In this document: piece by piece, positions 54,201 through 64,000 of the stretch | Position numbering within the stretch: the stretch's first letter is position 1 | Layout of the letters: each line of letters begins with the position of its first letter | Assembly (NCBI GenBank): GCA_964057225.1 | Contig: OZ059899.1 | Location: forward strand, 1,240,001-1,304,000 | Direction: 5' to 3' | DNA length: 64,000 bases | Source of the DNA: Auanema rhodensis | Taxonomy: Eukaryota; Animalia; Nematoda | Translations under genes and position numbers: made by a program | Notes under the pieces: generated by a model | The model's database searches: none | What the model saw: the letters and a program-made list of their open reading frames with translations, nothing else | Told to the model about the DNA's origin: nothing

Positions 54201-56300
54201 TCAAGGCAAAGACGATAGACAATGTTATTCAACGAAAAAATTAATTCTTCAGGGTGAAAATCGAGGATATAAGTGTGAACTTATATCAGTTGATATCTCG
54301 GTGCATTTTTAAGCTAGCGCAAATCTGATAACACAGATCGACGCAGCTTAAAAATCCGCATCGAATGCACTATACTACATTGAGAAACGCTTAATACAAA
54401 AATTAGTTATGATCGTTTGAAAAACGATGCATTAGTGTATGTTGAGTTTCCATGTACACTCAACATTGCTTCCAAAAACATTTTGACAAAAATTTTTTCG
54501 AAAAGTTTCAAAATAATTTAGCAAAAAGTAGATGTTTTTAGATTCCATTTTTCAAGGCAAAGACGATAGACAATGTTATTCAACGAAAAAATTAATTCTT
54601 CAGGGTGAAAATCGAGAATATAAGTGTGAACTTATATCAGTTGATATCTCGGTGCATTTTTAAGCTAGCGCAAATCTGATAACACAGATCGACGCAGCTT
54701 AAAAATCCGCATCGAATGCACTATACTACATTGAGAAACGCTTAATACAAAAATTAGTTATGATCGTTTGAAAAATGATGCATTAGTGTATGTTGAGTTT
54801 CCATGTACACTCAACATTGCTTCCAAAAACATTTTGACAAAAATTTTTTCGAAAAATTTCAAAATAATTTAGCAAAAAGTAGATGTTTTTAGATTCCATT
54901 TTTCAAGGCAAAGACGATAGACAATGTTATTCAACGAAAAAATTAATTCTTCAGGGTGAAAATCGAGAATATAAGTGTGAACTTATTTCAGTTGATATCT
55001 CGGTGCATTTTTAAGCTAGCGCAAATCTGATAACACAGATCGACGCAGCTTAAAAATCCGCATCGAATGCACTATACTACATTGAGAAACGCTTAATACA
55101 AAAATTAGTTATGATCGTTTGAAAAATGATGCATTAGTGTATGTTGAGTTTCCATGTACACTCAACATTGCTTCCAAAAACATTTTGACAAAAATTTTTT
55201 CGAAAAATTTCAAAATAATTTAGCAAAAAGTAGATGTTTTTAGATTTCATTTTTCAAGGCAAAGACGATAGACAATGTTATTCAACGAAAAAATTAATTC
55301 TTCAGGGTGAAAATCGAGGATATAAGTGTGAACTTATATCAGTTGATATCTCGGTGCATTTTTAAGCTACCGCAAATCTGATAACACAGATCGACGCAGC
55401 TTAAAAATCCGCATCGAATGCACTATACTACATTGAGAAACGCTTAATACACAAATTAGTTATGATCGTTTGAAAAATGATGCATTAGTGTATGTTGAGT
55501 TTCCATGTACACTCAACATTGCTTCCAAAAACATTTTGACAAAAACTTTTTCGAAAAATTTCAAAATAATTTAGCAAAAAGTAGATGTTTTCAGATTCCA
55601 TTTTTCAAGGCAAAGACGATAGACAATGTTATTCAACGAAAAAATTAATTCTTCAGGGTGAAAATCGAGAATATAAGTGTGAACTTATATCAGTTGATAT
55701 CTCGGTGCATTTTTAAGCTAGCGCAAATCTGATAACACAGATCGACGCAGCTTAAAAATCCGCATCGAATGCACTATACTACATTGAGAAACGCTTAATA
55801 CAAAAATTAGTTATGATCGTTTGAAAAATGATGCATTAGTGTATGTTGAGTTTCCATGTACACTCAACATTGCTTCCAAAAACATTTTGACAAAAATTTT
55901 TTCGAAAAATTTCAAAATAATTTAGCAAAAAGTAGATGTTTTTAGATTTCATTTTTCAAGGCAAAGACGATAGACAATGTTATTCAACGAAAAAATTAAT
56001 TCTTCAGGGTGAAAATCGAGGATATAAGTGTGAACTTATATCAGTTGATATCTCGGTGCATTTTTAAGCTAGCGCAAATCTGATAACACAGATCGACGCA
56101 GCTTAAAAATCCGCATCGAATGCACTATACTACATTGAGAAACGCTTAATACAAAAATTAGTTATGATCGTTTGAAAAACGATGCATTAGTGTATGTTGA
56201 GTTTCCATGTACACTCAACATTGCTTCCAAAAACATTTTGACAAAAATTTTTTCGAAAAGTTTCAAAATAATTTAGCAAAAAGTAGATGTTTTTAGATTC
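49494..56300. repeat. 5-mer higher-order repeat family (also at 42123-43877), including a 7-mer derivative and a truncated copy
   Basis: The unit is [GAGAAT + TATTTC],[TTTCAT + CTACCG],[AAACTTT + TTTCAG],[TTTCAT + AAAACGAT],[AAAAGTTT]. It occurs at m120-124, m141-145, m149-155 (internal dimer duplicated) and m156-160. The AAAAACGAT marker is at 43526, 50897, 54425 and 56180. Confidence 0.82.
51509..51544 (+). repeat. 18-bp tandem duplication AGATCGACGCAGCTTAAA x2 within monomer m146 (369 bp)
   Basis: The sequence reads ...GATAACAG AGATCGACGCAGCTTAAA AGATCGACGCAGCTTAAA AATCCG. The downstream register shifts by exactly 18. Confidence 0.96.
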
Positions 56301-56319
56301 CATTTTTCAAGGCAAAGAC

Positions 56320-59000
56320 GATAGACGATGTTATTCAACGAAAAAATTAATTCTTCAGGGTGAAAATCGAGGATATAAGTTTGAACTTATATCAGTTGAT
56401 ATCTCGGTGCATTTTTAAGCTAGCGCAAATCTGATAACACAGATCGACGCAGCTTAAAAATCCGCATCGAATGCACTATGCTACATCAAGAAACGCTTGA
56501 TACAAGAATTAGTTATGATCGTTTGAAAAATGATGCATTAGTGTATGTTGAGTTTCCATGTACACTCAACATTGCTTCCAAAAACATTTTGACAAAAATT
56601 TTTTCGAAAAATTTCAAAATAATTTAGCAAAAAGTAGATGTTTTTAGATTCCATTTTTCAAGGCAAAGACGATAGACAATGTTATTCAACGAAAAAATTA
56701 ATTCTTCAGGGTGAAAATCGAGAATATAAGTGTGAACTTATATCAGTTGATATCTCGGTGCATTTTTAAGCTAGCGCAAATCTGATAACACAGATCGACG
56801 CAGCTTAAAAATCCGCATCGAATGCACTATACTACATTGAGAAACGCTTAATACAAAAATTAGTTATGATCGTTTGAAAAATGATGCATTAGTGTATGTT
56901 GAGTTTCCATGTACACTCAACATTGCTTCCAAAAACAATTTGACAAAAATTTTTTCGAAAAATTTCAAAATAATTCAGCAAAAAGTAGATGTTTATAGAT
57001 TCCTTTTTTCAAGGCAAAGACGATGGACAATGTTATTCAACGAAAAAATTAATTCTTCAGGGTGAAAATCGAGGATATAAGTGTGAACTTATATCAGTTG
57101 ATATCTCGGTGCATTTTTAAGCTAGCGCAAATCTGATAACACAGATCGACGCAGCTTAAAAATCCGCATCGAATGCACTATACTACATCGAGAAACGCTT
57201 GATACAAAAATTAGTTATGATCGTTTGAAAAATGATGCATTAGTGTATGTTGAGTTTCCATGTACACTCAACATTGCTTCCAAAAACATTTTGACAAAAA
57301 TTTTTTCGAAAAATTTCAAAATAATTTAGCAAAAAGTAGATGTTTTTAGATTCCATTTTTCAAGGCAAAGACGATAGACAATGTTATTCAACGAAAAAAT
57401 TAATTCTTCAGGGTGAAAATCGAGGATATAAGTGTGAACTTATATCAGTTGATATCTCGGTGCATTTTTAAGCTAGCGCAAATCTGATAACACAGATCGA
57501 CGCAGCTTAAAAATCCGCATCGAATGCACTATGCTACATCAAGAAACGCTTGATACAAAAATTAGTTATGATCGTTTGAAAAATGATGCATTAGTGTATG
57601 TTGAGTTTCCATGTACACTCAACATTGCTTCCAAAAACATTTTGACAAAAATTTTTTCGAAAAATTTCAAAATAATTTAGCAAAAAGTAGATGTTTTTAG
57701 ATTACATTTTTCAAGGCAAAGACGATAGACAATGTTATTCAACGAAAAAATTAATTCTTCAGGGTGAAAATCGAGGATATAAGTGTGAACTTATATCAGT
57801 TGATATCTCGGTGCATTTTTAAGCTACCGCAAATCTGATAACACAGATCGACGCAGCTTAAAAATCCGCATCGAATGCACTATACTACATTGAGAAACGC
57901 TTAATACAAAAATTAGTTATGATCGTTTGAAAAATGATGCATTAGTGTATGTTGAGTTTCCATGTACACTCAACATTGCTTCCAAAAACATTTTGACAAA
58001 AATTTTTTCGAAAAATTTCAAAATAATTTAGCAAAAAGTAGATGTTTTTAGATTCCATTTTTCAAGGCAAAGACGATAGACGATGTTATTCAACGAAAAA
58101 ATTAATTCTTCAGGGTGAAAATCGAGGATATAAGTTTGAACTTATATCAGTTGATATCTCGGTGCATTTTTAAGCTAGCGCAAATCTGATAACACAGATC
58201 GACGCAGCTTAAAAATCCGCATCGAATGCACTATGCTACATCAAGAAACGCTTGATACAAGAATTAGTTATGATCGTTTGAAAAATGATGCATTAGTGTA
58301 TGTTGAGTTTCCATGTACACTCAACATTGCTTCCAAAAACATTTTGACAAAAATTTTTTCGAAAAAGTTCAAAATAATTTAGCAAAAAGTAGATGTTTTT
58401 AGATTCCATTTTTCAAGGCAAAGACGATAGACAATGTTATTCAACGAAAAAATTAATTCTTCAGGGTGAAAATCGAGAATATAAGTGTGAACTTATATCA
58501 GTTGATATCTCGGTGCATTTTTAAGCTAGCGCAAATCTGATAACACAGATCGACGCAGCTTAAAAATCCGCATCGAATGCACTATACTACATTGAGAAAC
58601 GCTTAATACAAAAATTAGTTATGATCGTTTGAAAAATGATGCATTAGTGTATGTTGAGTTTCCATGTACACTCAACATTGCTTCCAAAAACAATTTGACA
58701 AAAATTTTTTCGAAAAATTTCAAAATAATTCAGCAAAAAGTAGATGTTTATAGATTCCTTTTTTCAAGGCAAAGACGATGGACAATGTTATTCAACGAAA
58801 AAATTAATTCTTCAGGGTGAAAATCGAGGATATAAGTGTGAACTTATATCAGTTGATATCTCGGTGCATTTTTAAGCTAGCGCAAATCTGATAACACAGA
58901 TCGACGCAGCTTAAAAATCCGCATCGAATGCACTATACTACATCGAGAAACGCTTGATACAAAAATTAGTTATGATCGTTTGAAAAATGATGCATTAGTG
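56320..59000. repeat. Second 5-mer-period duplication (1755 bp), about 1.5 copies
   Basis: Markers GACGATG, AGTTTGAA, TATGCTAC and ACAAGAA occur in m160 and m165. The AACAATT ORF-type monomer occurs at 56874 and 58629, 1755 apart. Confidence 0.85.
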
Positions 59001-62000
59001 TATGTTGAGTTTCCATGTACACTCAACATTGCTTCCAAAAACATTTTGACAAAAATTTTTTCGAAAAATTTCAAAATAATTTAGCAAAAAGTAGATGTTT
59101 TTAGATTTCATTTTTCAAGGCAAAGACGATGGACAATGTTATTCAACGAAAAAATTAATTCTTCAGGGTGAAAATCGAGGATATAAGTGTGAACTTATAT
59201 CAGTTGATATCTCGGTGCATTTTTAAGCTAGCGCAAATCTGATAACACAGATCGACGCAGCTTACAAATCCGCATCGAATGCACTATACTACATTGAGAA
59301 ACGCTTAATACAAAAATTAGTTATGATCGTTTGAAAAATGATGCATTAGTGTATGTTGAGTTTCCATGTACACTCAACATTGCTTCCAAAAACATTTTGA
59401 CAAAAATTTTTTCGAAAAATTTCAAAATAATTTAGCAAAAAGTAGATGTTTTTAGATTCCATTTCTCAAGGCAAAGACGATAGACAATGTTATTCAACGA
59501 AAAAATTAATTCTTCAGGGTGAAAATCGAGGATATAAGTGTGAACTTATATCAGTTGATATCTCGGTGCATTTTTAAGCTAGCGCAAATCTGATAACACA
59601 GATCGACGCAGCTTGAAAATCCGCATCGAATGCACTATACTACATTGAGAAACGCTTAATACAAAAATTAGTTATGATTGTTTGAAAAATGATGCATTAG
59701 TGTATGTTGAGTTTCCATGTACACTCAACATTGCTTCCAAAAACATTTTGACAAAAATTTTTTCGAAAAATTTCAAAATAATTTAGCAAAAAGTAGATGT
59801 TTTTAGATTCCATTTCTCAAGGCAAAGACGATAGACAATGTTATTCAACGAAAAAATTATTTCTTCAGGGTGAAAATCGAGGATATAAGTGTGAACTTAT
59901 ATCAGTTGATATCTCGGTGCATTTTTAAGTTAGCGCAAATCTGATAACACAGATCGACGCAGCTTAAAAATCCGCATCGAATGCACTATACTACATTGAG
60001 AAACGCTTAATACAAAAATTAGTTATGATTGTTTGAAAAATGATGCATTAGTGTATGTTGAGTTTCCATGTACACTCAACATTGCTTCCAAAAACATTTT
60101 GACAAAAATTTTTTCGAAAAATTTCAAAATAATTTAGCAAAAAGTAGATGTTTTTAGATTCCATTTCTCAAGGCAAAGACGATAGACAATGTTATTCAAC
60201 GAAAAAATTATTTCTTCAGGGTGAAAATCGAGGATATAAGTGTGAACTTATATCAGTTGATATCTCGGTGCATTTTTAAGTTAGCGCAAATCTGATAACA
60301 CAGATCGACGCAGCTTAAAAATCCGCATCGAATGCACTATACTACACTGAGAAACGCTTGATACAAAAATTAGTTATGATCGTTTGAAAAATGATGCATT
60401 AGTGTATGTTGAGTTTCCATGTACACTCAACATTGCTTCCAAAAACATTTTGACAAAAATTTTTTCGAAAAATTTCAAAATAATTTAGCAAAAAGTAGAT
60501 GTTTTTAGATTCCATTTCTCAAGGCAAAGACGATAGACAATGTTATTCAACGAAAAAATTATTTCTTCAGGGTGAAAATCGAGGATATAAGTGTGAACTT
60601 ATATCAGTTGATATCTCGGTGCATTTTTAAGTTAGCGCAAATCTGATAACACAGATCGACGCAGCTTAAAAATCCGCATCGAATGCACTATACTACACTG
60701 AGAAACGCTTGATACAAAAATTAGTTATGATCGTTTGAAAAATGATGCATTAGTGTATGTTGAGTTTCCATGTACACTCAACATTGCGTCCAAAAACATT
60801 TTGACAAAAATTTTTTCGAAAAATTTCAAAATAATTTAGCAAAAAGTAGATGTTTTTAGATTTCATTTTTCAAGGCAAAGACGATGGACAATGTTATTCA
60901 ACGAAAAAATTAATTCTTCAGGGTGAAAATCGAGGATATAAGTGTGAACTTATATCAGTTGATATCTCGGTGCATTTTTAAGCTAGCGCAAATCTGATAA
61001 CACAGATCGACGCAGCTTGAAAATCCGCATCGAATGCACTATACTACATTGAGAAACGCTTAATACAAAAATTAGTTATGATTGTTTGAAAAATGATGCA
61101 TTAGTGTATGTTGAGTTTCCATGTACACTCAACATTGCTTCCAAAAACATTTTGACAAAAATTTTTTCGAAAAATTTCAAAATAATTTAGCAAAAAGTAG
61201 ATGTTTTTAGATTCCATTTCTCAAGGCAAAGACGATAGACAATGTTATTCAACGAAAAAATTATTTCTTCAGGGTGAAAATCGAGGATATAAGTGTGAAC
61301 TTATATCAGTTGATATCTCGGTGCATTTTTAAGTTAGCGCAAATCTGATAACACAGATCGACGCAGCTTAAAAATCCGCATCGAATGCACTATACTACAT
61401 TGAGAAACGCTTGATACAAAAATTAGTTATGATCGTTTGAAAAATGATGCATTAGTGTATGTTGAGTTTCCATGTACACTCAACATTGCTTCCAAAAACA
61501 TTTTGACAAAAATTTTTTCGAAAAATTTCAAAATAATTTAGCAAAAAGTAGATGTTTTTAGATTCCATTTTTCAAGGCAAAGACGATGGACAATGTTATT
61601 CAACGAAAAAATTGATTCTTCAGGGTGAAAATCGAGGATATAAGTGTGAACTTATATCAGTTGATATCTCGGTGCATTTTTAAGCTAGCGCAAATCTGAT
61701 AACACAGATCGACGTAGCTTAAAAATCCGCAGCGAATGCACTATACTACATTGAGAAACGCTCGATACAAAAATTAGTTATGATCGTTTGAAAAATCATG
61801 CATTAGTGTATGTTGAGTTTCCATGTACACTCAACATTGCTTCCAAAAACATTTTGACAAAATTTTTTTCGAAAAATTTCAAAAGAATTTAGCAAAAAGT
61901 AGATGTTTTTAGATTCCATTTCTCAAGGCAAAGACGATAGACAATGTTATTCAACGAAAAAATTATTTCTTCAGGGTGAAAATCGAGGATATAAGTGTGA

Positions 62001-64000
62001 ACTTATATCAGTTGATATCTCGGTGCATTTTTAAGTTAGCGCAAATCTGATAACACAGATCGACGCAGCTTAAAAATCCGCATCGAATGCACTATACTAC
62101 ATTGAGAAACGCTTAATACAAAAATTAGTTATGATTGTTTGAAAAATGATGCATTAGTGTATGTTGAGTTTCCATGTACACTCAACATTGCTTCCAAAAA
62201 CATTTTGACAAAAATTTTTTCGAAAAATTTCAAAATAATTTAGCAAAAAGTAGATGTTTTTAGATTCCATTTTTCAAGGCAAAGACGATGGACAATGTTA
62301 TTCAACGAAAAAATTGATTCTTCAGGGTGAAAATCGAGGATATAAGTGTGAACTTATATCAGTTGATATCTCGGTGCATTTTTAAGCTAGCGCAAATCTG
62401 ATAACACAGATCGACGTAGCTTAAAAATCCGCAGCGAATGCACTATACTACATTGAGAAACGCTTGATACAAAAATTAGTTATGATCGTTTGAAAAATGA
62501 TGCATTAGTGTATGTTGAGTTTCCATGTACACTCAACATTGCTTCCAAAAACATTTTGACAAAAATTTTTTCGAAAAATTTCAAAATAATTTAGCAAAAA
62601 GTAGATGTTTTTAGATTTCATTTTTCAAGGCAAAGACGATGGACAATGTTATTCAACGAAAAAATTGATTCTTCAGGGTGAAAATCGAGGATATAAGTGT
62701 GAACTTATATCAGTTGATATCTCGGTGCATTTTTAAGCTAGCGCAAATCTGATAACACAGATCGACGCAGCTTAAAAATCCGCAGCGAATGCACTATACT
62801 ACATTGAGAAACGCTCGATACAAAAATTAGTTATGATCGTTTGAAAAATGATGCATTAGTGTATGTTGAGTTTCCATGTACACTCAACATTGCTTCCAAA
62901 AACATTTTGACAAAAATTTTTTCGAAAAATTTCAAAATAATTTAGCAAAAAGTAGATGTTTTTAGATTCCATTTCTCAAGGCAAAGACGATGGACAATGT
63001 TATTCAACGAAAAAATTATTTCTTCAGGGTGAAAATCGAGGATATAAGTGTGAACTTATATCAGTTGATATCTCGGTGCATTTTTAAGTTAGCGCAAATC
63101 TGATAACACAGATCGACGCAGCTTAAAAATCCGCATCGAATGCACTATACTACACTGAGAAACGCTTGATACAAAAATTAGTTATGATCGTTTGAAAAAT
63201 GATGCATTAGTGTATGTTGAGTTTCCATGTACACTCAACATTGCTTCCAAAAATATTTTGACAAAAATTTTTTCGAAAAATTTCAAAATAATTTAGCAAA
63301 AAGTAGATGTTTTTAGATTTCATTTTTCAAGGCAAAGACGATGGACAATGTTATTCAACGAAAAAATTAATTCTTCAGGGTGAAAATCGAGGATATAAGT
63401 GTGAACTTATATCAGTTGATATCTCGGTGCATTTTTAAGCTAGCGCAAATCTGATAACACAGATCGACGCAGCTTAAAAATCCGCATCGAATGCACTATA
63501 CTACATTGAGAAACGCTTAATACAAAAATTAGTTATGATCGTTTGAAAAATGATGCATTAGTGTATGTTGAGTTTCCATGTACACTCAACATTGCTTCCA
63601 AAAACATTTTGACAAAAATTTTTTCGAAAAATTTCAAAATAATTTAGCAAAAAGTAGATGTTTTTAGATTTCATTTTTCAAGGCAAAGACGATGGACAAT
63701 GTTATTCAACGAAAAAATTAATTCTTCAGGGTGAAAATCGAGGATATAAGTGTGAACTTATATCAGTTGATATCTCGGTGCATTTTTAAGCTAGCGCAAA
63801 TCTGATAACACAGATCGACGCAGCTTAAAAATCCGCATCGAATGCACTATACTACATTGAGAAACGCTTAATACAAAAATTAGTTATGATCGTTTGAAAA
63901 ATGATGCATTAGTGTATGTTGAGTTTCCATGTACACTCAACATTGCTTCCAAAAACATTTTGACAAAAATTTTTTCGAAAAATTTCAAAATAATTTAGCA

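Larger units (their letters stand above)
1..64000. repeat. Tandem satellite DNA array, 351-bp AT-rich monomer, about 182.3 copies, all in the same orientation, truncated at both window edges
   Basis: GATGCATTAGTGTATG recurs at 1, 352, 703, 1054, 1405 and onward to 63903. 63903-1 = 182x351 + 20, and the 20 extra bases are accounted for by three observed insertions (+1, +1, +18). ORF-track spacings are multiples of 351 apart from these insertions. No non-repeat sequence was seen. Confidence 0.99.

Noticed and set aside
694-58820. Repeated 63-aa ORF MKNDALVYVEF... (and the 72-aa version at 1721)
   Set aside because: It has a TTG start and no recognisable domain. It is open only when a TAG>CAG variant is present and is closed in most monomers. 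The 72-aa form results from one homopolymer insertion. These are chance ORFs in satellite DNA.
1-64000. CRISPR array or integron/attC-like cassette array (palindromic repeats at a regular period)
   Set aside because: There are no unique spacers or cassettes, since the entire 351 bp is repeated, and there are no cas or integrase genes.

Overview
The whole 64 kb window is one uninterrupted, head-to-tail, single-orientation tandem satellite DNA array. The monomer is 351 bp and about 31% GC (hand count of monomer 1-351). There are 182 complete monomers plus a 98-bp partial one at the end, and the array runs off both edges. I found no genes, RNA genes, CRISPR array or inserted mobile element, and every ORF in the track is a repeat artefact. 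Monomers differ by only a few substitutions. Only three length changes are needed to explain the register over 64 kb: +1 at ~1730, +1 at ~4478 and an 18-bp tandem duplication at 51509-51544. Two layers of structure stand out. (1) Each monomer holds a series of inverted repeats: a 9-bp stem, a TTTTTCGAAAAA palindrome, a 9-bp stem with a GTGA (GNRA-type) tetraloop, a ~67-nt hairpin and a 6-bp stem whose two arms co-vary between monomer variants. (2) Diagnostic variants show nested, locally restricted higher-order repeats (3-, 4-, 5- and 7-mers, plus a block of about 19 monomers that was duplicated and then expanded differently in each copy) arranged in sub-family domains. This looks like eukaryotic, probably invertebrate, (peri)centromeric or heterochromatic satellite. 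I cannot name the organism or family from sequence alone. Monomer numbers below are 0-based (m0 = 1-351), and positions within a monomer are given relative to m0.
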